The notes beneath the pieces are model-generated. The model was not told the DNA's origin. It saw only the letters and a program-made list of their open reading frames with translations, and made no database searches. Both the position numbers and the translations under genes were made by a program. This document shows, in pieces, positions 40,202 to 49,564 of a stretch of DNA of 64,000 bases. Source of the DNA: Acholeplasmataceae bacterium (lineage in GTDB: Bacteria; Bacillota_I; Bacilli_A; ML615J-28; CAG-698); the NCBI GenBank assembly GCA_012839485.1, contig DUNF01000054.1, positions 50-64,049 of the forward strand, written 5' to 3'. Every line of letters begins with the position of its first letter. The first letter of the stretch is position 1.

Positions 40202-42241
40202 ATGCATTATACAAAAAGAATATACAAAAATTTTCCTTTACATTTTGCAGGTTATGAACAAGAACCTAACTTTGTTTTATATTTTATAAATTTTAATCAA
40301 GAAAATATTAAAGAGATAACTTTAGAGTTTTTTGGAAAAAAACAAACTTATCCTATTAATTCTAGTGAATCTAAGATTACTTTAGTTTTAGATGAAGATG
40401 TTAATTATATTCCAAAATTATTTTCTGTTACTACTGACAAGGTTTATTATTTAAAAGATTATCCAGACTATGATACAGTTACTAGTCCTAAAGCTATTTA
40501 TTCTTTGGGACCAGAAAAAGAATTATATCGTAGAGAATTAAAAAAGAAATTCAACTATAATAATGTTAAGTGCGTTTATGAAGAAAACGCAAAATATTGG
40601 CATTGTGTTTGTGGGCATACTAATTTTAGTATTGATGATAAATGTGAAGTATGTGGCAAAGAAAAAAGCAAATTAGCAGAAGTACATCCTTCATATGCTA
40701 GTCAAGCTGCAACCCGTCACCAAGAAAATCAAATTTTATCACTTTTTCTAGCACTTTATATTTCATTATATTTAATAGATATTTTTGTTCAGATGTTTAC
40801 AGGCGACTTCTTATTTACAAACTATGACAAAAATACATTATTTGCTGTTACGAATCGCTTTATAGTGCCAGTTTTAATTATAGCTGTTATTGCACTAAAG
40901 ATGGTATTTAATAATAAACACATTAAAGTTGCAACCGATATTTTAAAAATTTTATTTTTCCTTTTAGTGCTCTATTTAAATATCTTACCAATAATTAGTT
41001 TTATTGGAACTGCTTATAATTTGACATTTTTATGGTCAGTAGATATCTTAATTGCAATTTTAGTTATTCGCTCACTTGTTACAGTAGGGCAAAAAGTGTA
41101 TAATTTTTCTCTTTTAGGAACAATTATAGTTTTCTTTTTTACAAGTATCTTTCTTTATGGAGTTTATAAAGATTTGAAAATTACAATTCATCCAGAAGGG
41201 GTGTCATTAACAGTTCAAGAAGAAGGCAATCAAAAAAAATATGAAATACCAGAAACACTAAATAATATGAAAGTTTTTAGCGTGATTTTTTCTTATAATA
41301 AAGAGTATGAAATGGAAGAATTAGTTATTAGTAATAATGCTAGTATAGTAGCTTTTACATCTACAGCTACATTTAAAAATTTGAAAGCTGTGGAAGTTAA
41401 AGAAAATAATAAAGTTTATTATGCTAATAACAATGTTTTATATAAAGATGAAAAAATAATTTTAGTTCCGCTTGCAATTACAGAGGTAACGTTAAATAGC
41501 GATGTTGTAAATGCAAAGGCGTTTTATAATCACTATAATTTAAAAACAGTAACTATTTTAGAAAATGTAAAAGTAATTGAAAAAAGTGCATTTGCAAATG
41601 CGACTAATTTAGAGAATATTAATTTCGCACCTAATAGTAGTCTAAAGACAATCGAAGAGTATGCTTTTAAAAATACAGGTATTAAAAAAATTGAAATTCC
41701 TATTTCTGTAGAAAATATCGAAATTGGAATTTTAGATGGCTGTAATAAACTTGAATCTTATAAAACACCATTTATTGGAAAGAAACGCGAAAGTCATGAT
41801 CAATTTTATTCTTCATCAGATATCTTTGTATATCATTTTGGTTCAGTTATTCATAGTCAATCAGAAAAAATCCCTCAAAGTTTGAAACATATTGAAGTGT
41901 ATGATATTGATCGAATTCATAATACAACTTTTTATAACATAAAGAGTGTAGAAACAATAGTTTTGCCTGATGAGCTTTTATATATGGGAAAAAGTTCTTT
42001 CTATGGTTGCGAAAGTTTACTAGAATTTACGATTCCAAATGGAGTGCCAGATATAAAGGAAGAGTGCTTTAAATATTGTTCTAGTTTAAAAACAATTGTT
42101 ATTCCAGCTTCGGTTATAAACATTGAAAAGAATGCTTTTCAAAATTGCAATGAATTAACAACTGTTATTTATTTAGGTGATAAGACTAATTTAACTATTG
42201 ACCCAATTGGCAATCAAAAATTAATTGATCTTTTAAATTAA
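40202..42241 (+). CDS. Membrane protein: N-terminal cytoplasmic zinc-ribbon domain, ~5 TM helices, C-terminal BspA-type leucine-rich repeat domain
   Basis: CVCGH…CEVCGK zinc ribbon, a hydrophobic core, then repeats of the type …IEKSAFANATNLENINFAPNSSLKTIEEYAFKNTGIKKIEIP…. Confidence 0.6.
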   Translation: MHYTKRIYKNFPLHFAGYEQEPNFVLYFINFNQENIKEITLEFFGKKQTYPINSSESKITLVLDEDVNYIPKLFSVTTDKVYYLKDYPDYDTVTSPKAIYSLGPEKELYRRELKKKFNYNNVKCVYEENAKYWHCVCGHTNFSIDDKCEVCGKEKSKLAEVHPSYASQAATRHQENQILSLFLALYISLYLIDIFVQMFTGDFLFTNYDKNTLFAVTNRFIVPVLIIAVIALKMVFNNKHIKVATDILKILFFLLVLYLNILPIISFIGTAYNLTFLWSVDILIAILVIRSLVTVGQKVYNFSLLGTIIVFFFTSIFLYGVYKDLKITIHPEGVSLTVQEEGNQKKYEIPETLNNMKVFSVIFSYNKEYEMEELVISNNASIVAFTSTATFKNLKAVEVKENNKVYYANNNVLYKDEKIILVPLAITEVTLNSDVVNAKAFYNHYNLKTVTILENVKVIEKSAFANATNLENINFAPNSSLKTIEEYAFKNTGIKKIEIPISVENIEIGILDGCNKLESYKTPFIGKKRESHDQFYSSSDIFVYHFGSVIHSQSEKIPQSLKHIEVYDIDRIHNTTFYNIKSVETIVLPDELLYMGKSSFYGCESLLEFTIPNGVPDIKEECFKYCSSLKTIVIPASVINIEKNAFQNCNELTTVIYLGDKTNLTIDPIGNQKLIDLLN

Positions 42242-42244
42242 TTA

Positions 42245-42273
42245 TTTACATTAAAGATGATTTATGTTAAAAT
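42245..42273 (+). promoter_or_regulatory. Sigma-A-like promoter of spx (TTTACA-17-TAAAAT)
   Basis: Hexamers with a 17-nt spacer, ~25 nt upstream of the spx RBS. Confidence 0.55.
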
Positions 42274-42300
42274 AAGATTGAAAGAAAGGGGTGTTAAATT

Positions 42301-42738
42301 ATGATACAATTGTATATTTCTCCTAGTTGTTCATCTTGCCGTAAAGTAAAAAAGTATTTTGACAACCATGGAATTCCATATTTGGAAAAAAACATTTTGA
42401 ACGCTCCGATATCTAAAGAAGAAATCATGAGAATGCTAACAAAATCTGAAAATGGTTTTGAAGATATTATCTCAACGCGTTCAAACGTATTTAAAGAAAA
42501 AGGTAATAAAATTGAACAAATGAAAACTAGTGAATTAGTTGACTTCATTATCGATAATCCTAGTGTCTTAAAGCGCCCTATTATTGTAGCTGATTATGAA
42601 TTACAAGTAGGGTATAATGAAGAAGACATTACGCTTTTCTTACCTCAAGATAAAAGAGAAGCTATTTGTAGTGTTTGTTTGAAAAACAATCCAGAGGATT
42701 GTGATTATATTAAACATTTACGTTTTTCTGATAAATAA
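42301..42738 (+). CDS. spx: Spx/ArsC-family global transcriptional regulator
   Basis: N-terminus MIQLYISPSCSSCRKVKKYF… (CxxC) matches B. subtilis Spx [20 protein letters not shown]…. Confidence 0.85.
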   Translation: MIQLYISPSCSSCRKVKKYFDNHGIPYLEKNILNAPISKEEIMRMLTKSENGFEDIISTRSNVFKEKGNKIEQMKTSELVDFIIDNPSVLKRPIIVADYELQVGYNEEDITLFLPQDKREAICSVCLKNNPEDCDYIKHLRFSDK

Positions 42739-42768
42739 AAAAAGCACATTTTTTAATGTGCTTTTTAA
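42738..42768. terminator. Bidirectional intrinsic terminator between spx (+) and the CYTH gene (-)
   Basis: AAAAGCACATT-TTTT-AATGTGCTTTTT. Confidence 0.85.
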
Positions 42769-43328
42769 TTAAATCTTTTTAATGCTTCATAAGTACGAAT
42801 AATTTTCTTTTCGCATTTTTTATAAACGATATTGAAGTCTTTAATTAACTCTACGAATTCTTTACGGCCTTGGTAGTAATTTGTAGTTGGGTTATAGTAA
42901 AGTTCATAATCTGTCATCCCACAATACGTAGATTTATCAAGATAAACAACTCCGTTCTTGCATTGCATAAAAAGACGGATTGTTGAAAGGCTCATAAAGT
43001 TTACAAGTTTTTGATCTTTAATTATTTTTTTAACTTCAGGTTTTACATCACCTTTAGGAATATCCCCAGTTTCAATCATTTTTTCTAATTGTTCTTTTGT
43101 GATTATATCACTAAAGGTTACTGTTTCATAGCTTTTCTTAATCTTAAAAACAAGTTCAAAAGTTTCTCGTTCACGAACTCTTAATGAACAGTCTTCGGCT
43201 TTTAATGAAAAACGTGTTGTATCAAAATAATGATTTGTTTGAAAATCGGGATTACTGAAATTTGACATTATTCGTTCATATTCTTCTAAAGTTAAAAGTG
43301 TACGCAAATCTCTATTAGTAGTAGCCAT
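42765..43328 (-). CDS. yjbK: CYTH-domain (triphosphate tunnel metalloenzyme) protein, YjbK-like
   Basis: ~187 aa with CYTH-like acidic/basic strand motifs. Lies divergent from the SAS gene, as yjbK-yjbM does in B. subtilis. RBS AGGAGG upstream of the ATG at 43328. Confidence 0.65.
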   Translation of the reverse strand: MATTNRDLRTLLTLEEYERIMSNFSNPDFQTNHYFDTTRFSLKAEDCSLRVRERETFELVFKIKKSYETVTFSDIITKEQLEKMIETGDIPKGDVKPEVKKIIKDQKLVNFMSLSTIRLFMQCKNGVVYLDKSTYCGMTDYELYYNPTTNYYQGRKEFVELIKDFNIVYKKCEKKIIRTYEALKRFN

Positions 43329-43420
43329 ATATATCCTCCTTGTAGTGATATATTGTATTATACTAAAAATTTTCAAAAATGCAAGTAATTTATATAAAAA
43401 TGTATAAAATATAAAAAGGA

Positions 43421-44104
43421 GTGATTTTTTTGAATTCAAATGATTGGCAAAGTTTTCTTTTACCTTATGAATTAGCGGTAGAAGGTTTTATTGTAAAACT
43501 AGAATCAATTCGTAAACAGTATATTTTAAAGGGTTTATACAATCCAATTGAGATTGTAACTGGACGTGTTAAAACAGTTGACGCAATCTTACAAAAAGCA
43601 GCAAGACTTGAGATTGATCTTAAAGAAATTCCAGAAAAAATTCAAGACATTGCTGGAGTAAGAATTATTTGTAAGTATATTGATGATGTATACTTAGTTC
43701 AAGACTTAATTACTTCAAGAAGAGATTTGAAAATTATTACAATTAAAGATTATGTTAAGAAGCCTAAACCTAGTGGCTATCAATCTTTACATATTATTGC
43801 TCAGTATGTTACAGAAACAATTGAAGGGCCTAATACTATTTATATCGAATTTCAGGTAAGAACTCATGTTATGCATTTTTGGGCTAGTATTGAGCATTCG
43901 TTAAACTATAAGTATGATTATCAAATTCCAGGAACAATTAAATTTAGACTATTAAAAGCAAGTCAAGCAGCACAAAAGTTAGATGTAGAGATGACTAAGA
44001 TTAAAAAGACAATTGATAAATTAGAAGAAAAACACGAACTTAAAAAAGTCAAAAATCCATTAGAAGAAAAGGAATATAAATTAAATTCAGTAAGGAAGGA
44101 ATAA
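43421..44104 (+). CDS. relQ: Small alarmone synthetase (RelQ/YjbM-type GTP pyrophosphokinase)
   Basis: RelA/SpoT synthetase-domain motifs (…DIAGVRIICKY…, YQSLHII). The start is GTG 43421 or, more likely, TTG 43430 after AAGGAG. Confidence 0.85.
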   Translation: MIFLNSNDWQSFLLPYELAVEGFIVKLESIRKQYILKGLYNPIEIVTGRVKTVDAILQKAARLEIDLKEIPEKIQDIAGVRIICKYIDDVYLVQDLITSRRDLKIITIKDYVKKPKPSGYQSLHIIAQYVTETIEGPNTIYIEFQVRTHVMHFWASIEHSLNYKYDYQIPGTIKFRLLKASQAAQKLDVEMTKIKKTIDKLEEKHELKKVKNPLEEKEYKLNSVRKE

Positions 44105-44106
44105 AG

Positions 44107-44856
44107 ATGAAATATAGTTATGTAGGTAAAATGCCAGATAAAATTAAAACTTATTTAAAAGAAGATATCTATGCAAAAGAAAATCCAGAATATGTTTTCT
44201 CTTTTGGTGGTGATGGGACAATGCTTAAAGCAGTAGAAGAGTATCTTCATCTAGCAGATAATGTCATTTTTGTTGGAATAAATACGGGTAAGTTGGGATT
44301 TTATACAGATTTTGTTTTAGAAGAGTTTCCTGAACTTTTAGAAAAATTAAAGACTAAAAAATATAAGTTAAATCAATACAATATGCTTTGTTATAAGATA
44401 AACGGAAAAGAGAAAATTAAAGGTTATGCCTTAAATGATTTAGTTGTTATTAGTCCAATTAAGACTATTAATATTGATGTTTATTTAAATAAAGAGTATT
44501 TTGAAACTTTTAGAGGGACTGGTCTTATTTTAAGTACTCCTAGTGGATCCACAGCTTATAACAAAGGCTTAAACGGAGCAGTTATTGAACCAAGTGTTTT
44601 ATGTTATCAATTAACTGAGATTGCCTCAATTAATAATAATGCTTTTAAAACTTTATCTTCATCTTTAATTTTAAAGAAAGAAACTAGATGTTTATTAAAA
44701 GGCAATTATGAAGATATCTTAATTGTTGCTGATGGTAAAGAAATTAAAGTAGATAATGTTTTAAGTGTTGAGGCTAAACTTGCAAACAAGAAAATTAAAC
44801 TATTAGTAAAAGATAATCATGATTTCCTTCATCGCGTGAAAAAATCATTTTTATGA
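44107..44856 (+). CDS. ppnK: NAD kinase
   Basis: GGDGTML motif; conserved position downstream of the SAS gene. Confidence 0.9.
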   Translation: MKYSYVGKMPDKIKTYLKEDIYAKENPEYVFSFGGDGTMLKAVEEYLHLADNVIFVGINTGKLGFYTDFVLEEFPELLEKLKTKKYKLNQYNMLCYKINGKEKIKGYALNDLVVISPIKTINIDVYLNKEYFETFRGTGLILSTPSGSTAYNKGLNGAVIEPSVLCYQLTEIASINNNAFKTLSSSLILKKETRCLLKGNYEDILIVADGKEIKVDNVLSVEAKLANKKIKLLVKDNHDFLHRVKKSFL

Positions 44857-44892
44857 TTGCAAAAGAATGAAAATAGTGATATAATTATTAAA

Positions 44893-45113
44893 ACGTTGAA
44901 AAAGAAGTAGTAATAACTATTACTAAAGTTAAAGAGAGAATTACATTTGGTGGGAGTAATTTACTTTAGATGTTATGAATTCACCTTTGGAGTGGGAAAC
45001 CCGCAGGATGAACTGCGTTATCAAGAAAAGTAAGTCGCATAGTTTTTTACTATGAACTAAGGTGGTACCGCGGAAACATTCGTCCTTAAATATTATTTTA
45101 AGGACTTTTTTTA
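44893..45113 (+). promoter_or_regulatory. T-box riboswitch leader (Phe specifier) controlling pheST
   Basis: Sigma-A promoter TTGCAA-17-TATAAT at 44857-44885. The conserved T-box sequence AACTAAGGTGGTACCGCGG lies at 45055-45073. A candidate UUC specifier occurs in GAAUUCA around 44966. An intrinsic terminator at 45082-45112 sits just before the pheS RBS. Confidence 0.85.
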
Positions 45114-45131
45114 TAGAAGGAGATAGAGAAT

Positions 45132-46163
45132 ATGGAAAAGATTTTGAAAGAGTTAGAAAATTTACAAGAAGAAGCAAAACTTGCAATTGGTAAAGCTAAA
45201 AGTGATGTAGAGCTAAATGACGTTAAAGCTCAATATTTAGGCAAGAAAAGTAAATACCAAGAAGTAATGCAGCTAATGAGAGGATTATCAGTAGATGATA
45301 AAAAGAAATTAGGCATGGCTGGTAATGACTATAAAATGAAAGTAGAAGCAGAAGTTGAAAAGAAAGTCTTAGAACTAGAAAAACAAAAGATTAAAGAAAA
45401 GCTAGCTAAAGAAACTATTGATGTTACACTTCCTGCACCAAAACTAAGTAAAGGATCTATACATCCTTTAATGCAAGTAAAAGAAGAATTTGAAGATATT
45501 TGTATAGAAATGGGTTATGAAGTAGAAGAGGGGCCGGATGTAGAATGGGATAAGTATAATTTTGAAATGCTTAATGTTCCTAAAGATCACCCAGCTCGTG
45601 ATATGCAAGATACATTCTATATTACTAGTGAGACATTATTAAGATCTCATACTTCACCAGTTCAGGTGAGAACGATGCTGAAGAAGAAAGGGAAGCCATT
45701 TAAAATTATTTGCCCAGGTGCTGCTTATCGTAGAGATAATGATGATGCAACACACTCACATCAGTTTTCTCAAATTGAAGGGTTAGTTGTTGGAAAAGAT
45801 ATTACAATGGCTGACTTAAAAGGAACACTAACAACAATCTTTACAAAACTATTTGGAAAAGAAATGAATATTAGATTTAGACCATCATTTTTCCCATTTA
45901 CAGAACCAAGTGTAGAAGTTGATGTTTCTTGCTATAAGTGTGGTGGTAAAGGTTGTCCTTTATGTAAACACACTGGTTGGATTGAATTATTAGGGGCTGG
46001 TATGGTTCATCCTAATGTTTCAGAGATGGCAGGATATGATTCTAAGAAATATACAGGATTTGCTTTTGGTGTAGGATTAGAAAGACTAACGATGGTTAAA
46101 TACCAAATTGATGACATTCGTGAATTCTATACTAATAATTTAAAATTCATGAGGCAATTTTAG
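45132..46163 (+). CDS. pheS: Phenylalanine--tRNA ligase alpha subunit
   Basis: Class II motifs (…[12 protein letters not shown]…, GAGMVHP). Confidence 0.95.
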   Translation: MEKILKELENLQEEAKLAIGKAKSDVELNDVKAQYLGKKSKYQEVMQLMRGLSVDDKKKLGMAGNDYKMKVEAEVEKKVLELEKQKIKEKLAKETIDVTLPAPKLSKGSIHPLMQVKEEFEDICIEMGYEVEEGPDVEWDKYNFEMLNVPKDHPARDMQDTFYITSETLLRSHTSPVQVRTMLKKKGKPFKIICPGAAYRRDNDDATHSHQFSQIEGLVVGKDITMADLKGTLTTIFTKLFGKEMNIRFRPSFFPFTEPSVEVDVSCYKCGGKGCPLCKHTGWIELLGAGMVHPNVSEMAGYDSKKYTGFAFGVGLERLTMVKYQIDDIREFYTNNLKFMRQF

Positions 46164-46172
46164 GAGGGTTAT

Positions 46173-48566
46173 ATGTTAGTAAAAATTAATTGGTTAAGAG
46201 AACTTGTAGATTTAAAGGGAATAACTGATCAAGACATTATTGGCAGTCTTCCTAAACATGCTTTAGAAGTAGATGGTGTTAGCAAAGTTCTAAAAGGAAC
46301 TAATCTTACAATAGGACATGTTTTAGAATGTGAGCCTCATCCAAACTCAGATCACTTATCATTATGTAAAGTTGATGTTAAGACTGAAGTATTACAAATT
46401 GTATGTGGAGCACCAAATGTAAGAAAAGGACAATATGTTATTGTAGCTTTAGTTGGGGCTGAACTTTTAGATGGTTTTAAAATAAAGAAAGCTAAAATTA
46501 GAGGAATTGAGTCTTGTGGGATGATTTGTTCTTTGGATGAACTAGGCTTAGAACATAAATATGTTCCTGAAGAATATCAAAATGGTATCTATTATTTCAA
46601 AAACAAAGTAGAAGTTGGATCACATCCTTTAGAAGTATTAGATTTTGATGATTTAGTTTTAGACTTAGCTGTAACATCTAATCGTGCTGATTTAATGTCA
46701 ATGAAAGGTATGGCTCAAGAAATTGGTGCTATTTTTAGAAGACCTTTATTAAAAGAGGAATATAAGATAAAGTATGAAAAAGAACAAGCAGAAGATATCT
46801 TAGATATCAAAATTGAAACCGAAGATTGTCTTTTATATACTGGATTTTTAGTAAAAGATATTGAAATTAAAGAATCTCCTCAATTTATTAAATCAAGATT
46901 AATTGCATCTGGTATTAGACCAATCAACAATGTAGTTGATATTACAAACTATATTTTAATGTTATTTGGTCAACCTTTACACGCTTTTGATTACGATAAA
47001 GTTGGAAATACAATTTTAGTTAGAAAAGCTAATAGTAATGAAATGATTAATACATTAGATGGTACCTTAAGGAAATTAAAGATAGAAGATATCTTAATTA
47101 CTGATGGAATTAAAGGTATTGCTTTAGCTGGAGTAATGGGTGGTTTAGAAACGGAGATTACAAGTGATACTAAAAATATATTATTAGAGGCTGCTGTATT
47201 TAATCCAAGACAAATTAGAAGAACATCACGTAGATTAGACTTAGTTAGTGAATCATCAATTCGTTATGAAAGAGGAGTTGATGTAAATCAAACAGTTAAG
47301 GCAGGAGAATATGCTTGTTATCTATTCCAAAAATATGCAAATGCGAAAGTATATCAAGGATATGCTTCTGAAGGGACATTATATTTAGGCGATAAAACTA
47401 TCTCTTTAAAAGTTAAAGAAGTTAATAGTATTTTGGGTGTAAAGATTAAGGAAGATGAAATTATAGAAATTTTAGAAAGTCTAGGCTTTGAAGTAGAAAA
47501 AGAAAAAGCTACTTTACTTGTAACTGTTCCTAATCGTCGTTTAGATATTAATATTAAAGAAGATTTAATTGAAGAAATAGCAAGACTTTATGGTTATGAT
47601 AAAATGCCTAATACTTTACCTTCAATGCCTCTTGCTGGTGGATTAAGTGTTTATCAAAAAGAAAGAAGAAAATTAAGAAGAACTTTAGCTAGTTTAGGGT
47701 TGAATGAAGTTATGAATTATAGTTTATTAGATAAAGATGCTAATAAGGAATTTGTTTTAGATCCTAATAATAACTGGGAAGAATTAAAAGTATTACAACC
47801 TTTAAGTAGTGAACATGAATATTTACGCCAAAATTTAGCTGTAGGGTTAGTTCAAACAGCTAAGTATAATCAAGCAAGAAGAGAATCAAATCTAGCAGTA
47901 TTTGAAATTGGTAAAGTTTACTATAAACTTGAAGAAGAAAGTAAAGAAAGAGAACATTTAGGAATTTTACTATCTGGTAAATTTATAGATGGATTATGGA
48001 ATAAAGACGCAGACTTAAAGAGTAATTTCTATATTTTAAAAAGTATTTTAGAAAATGTCTTTCCTGAATATAGTTTTAAATATGAAAGGCTAGATTATGT
48101 AGCTGAACTACATCCTGGTCAAGCTGCTAAGATTATTTATAATGACAAAGTTGTTGGTATGTTAGGTGCACTTCATCCTGAATATGCAAGTAAACACGAT
48201 TTAGTAGATATCTATTTATTAGAAGTTGATTTAAGTAAACTATTAAAAAAAGAACTTGAAATCAAACCATATGAAAAGATTTCTAAAGTTCCAGAAGTCG
48301 AAAGAGATATTGCTTTACTTGTAAAGGATGAAATTAAGGCAGGAGAATTAATTGATGTAATTAAGGATGTAAAAAGTAGACTTGTTCAAGATGTATATGT
48401 ATTTGATTTATACAAAGGTGAAGAAATCGAAAAGGGTTATAAATCAATTGCTTTAAGAATTAAATTAGGCTCTTATGAGACGTTAACAGAAAAAGAGATA
48501 AATACACTAATAGAACGTATTTACTCGGCTCTAAAGACAAAATTAGGAGCAAAATTAAGAGATTAA
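46173..48566 (+). CDS. pheT: Phenylalanine--tRNA ligase beta subunit
   Basis: 797 aa; tRNA-binding, B3/4, B5 and FDX-ACB domains. Confidence 0.95.
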   Translation: MLVKINWLRELVDLKGITDQDIIGSLPKHALEVDGVSKVLKGTNLTIGHVLECEPHPNSDHLSLCKVDVKTEVLQIVCGAPNVRKGQYVIVALVGAELLDGFKIKKAKIRGIESCGMICSLDELGLEHKYVPEEYQNGIYYFKNKVEVGSHPLEVLDFDDLVLDLAVTSNRADLMSMKGMAQEIGAIFRRPLLKEEYKIKYEKEQAEDILDIKIETEDCLLYTGFLVKDIEIKESPQFIKSRLIASGIRPINNVVDITNYILMLFGQPLHAFDYDKVGNTILVRKANSNEMINTLDGTLRKLKIEDILITDGIKGIALAGVMGGLETEITSDTKNILLEAAVFNPRQIRRTSRRLDLVSESSIRYERGVDVNQTVKAGEYACYLFQKYANAKVYQGYASEGTLYLGDKTISLKVKEVNSILGVKIKEDEIIEILESLGFEVEKEKATLLVTVPNRRLDINIKEDLIEEIARLYGYDKMPNTLPSMPLAGGLSVYQKERRKLRRTLASLGLNEVMNYSLLDKDANKEFVLDPNNNWEELKVLQPLSSEHEYLRQNLAVGLVQTAKYNQARRESNLAVFEIGKVYYKLEEESKEREHLGILLSGKFIDGLWNKDADLKSNFYILKSILENVFPEYSFKYERLDYVAELHPGQAAKIIYNDKVVGMLGALHPEYASKHDLVDIYLLEVDLSKLLKKELEIKPYEKISKVPEVERDIALLVKDEIKAGELIDVIKDVKSRLVQDVYVFDLYKGEEIEKGYKSIALRIKLGSYETLTEKEINTLIERIYSALKTKLGAKLRD

Positions 48567-48596
48567 AAAAAGACGAGCATATTGCTCGTCTTTTTA
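48567..48596. terminator. Bidirectional intrinsic terminator between pheT (+) and ispH (-)
   Basis: AAAGACGAGCA-TATT-GCTCGTCTTTTT. Confidence 0.85.
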
Positions 48597-49484
48597 GAAC
48601 TTTAAATAGTCTTCTAAATTAAGTAAAGATTTATATGGTTTTTTATCAAATGTGTTTTGTAAGATATCTAATACTTCATTTATGATTGCACTTGGAGTAG
48701 ATGCTCCAGCTGTAACTAAGATGTTTTGATATTTAGATAAATCATAGTTATTTAAATCTTCTATATTTTCAATTCTAATACTATCTACATTATTATATTT
48801 CTTAGCAACAAATGCTAGCATTTTTGTATTGTTACTTAATGGGTCCCCAACAACAATTACTAAGTCAGCGTCTTTAGCATCTATAATTGCTTTTTGTCTT
48901 TCGTATGTTGCATTACAAATTGTTTCTGCTTTAGTAATGTTATGCCCTAATAAAGTTAATTTTTCATAGACATCTTGATAATCTAAATAAGATAAAGTAG
49001 ATTGGCTAATTAAAACTAATTTACTTTTTTCTTTGGGAAAAGACAAATCATCTAAAGTAATTAAACTTACATTATAGTTATTTGTAATTGCTTTTGTTTC
49101 TGGGTGATTTTTAACTCCTAAAAATAATACTTGATAATCATCTTTTAGATACTTTTCTATTTGTTTATGGATGTGTTTAACTTTAGGGCAAGTTGCATCA
49201 ATTAAATTTAGCTTTAGAGATTTAATTAAATTGATTGTTTTCTTTGGTGTGCCGTGTGCAGTTAAGATAATTGTACCTTTTTTAATTTGGAAGATATCTT
49301 CTTCAGTAATTACTTTTATTTTTTTGGCTTTTAATGCATCATTAATGAAACGATTATGAACTAGATAGCCTAAAATATAAAGAGGTTTTTCTATATTTTG
49401 ATCTTCTATTAAATTAATTACTTTTGTAATTGCTCCTTTTACTCCAGAGCAAAACCCACAAGGATTAGCTTTTTTAATAATCAT
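48594..49484 (-). CDS. ispH: 4-hydroxy-3-methylbut-2-enyl diphosphate reductase (IspH/LytB)
   Basis: MIIKKANPCGFCSGVK…; conserved Cys ligands; AAGGTG lies 6 nt upstream of the ATG at 49484. Confidence 0.9.
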   Translation of the reverse strand: MIIKKANPCGFCSGVKGAITKVINLIEDQNIEKPLYILGYLVHNRFINDALKAKKIKVITEEDIFQIKKGTIILTAHGTPKKTINLIKSLKLNLIDATCPKVKHIHKQIEKYLKDDYQVLFLGVKNHPETKAITNNYNVSLITLDDLSFPKEKSKLVLISQSTLSYLDYQDVYEKLTLLGHNITKAETICNATYERQKAIIDAKDADLVIVVGDPLSNNTKMLAFVAKKYNNVDSIRIENIEDLNNYDLSKYQNILVTAGASTPSAIINEVLDILQNTFDKKPYKSLLNLEDYLKF

Positions 49485-49564
49485 ATAAATCACCTTAAAG
49501 TTATTATATCATAAATTACTATGATTTTCTTTTAAAATTTGGTAAAATAGATAAAGGTGATAAT

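Noticed and set aside
44941-45186. 81-aa minus-strand ORF upstream of pheS
   Set aside because: It overlaps the pheST T-box leader and the pheS start, so it is non-coding regulatory RNA.
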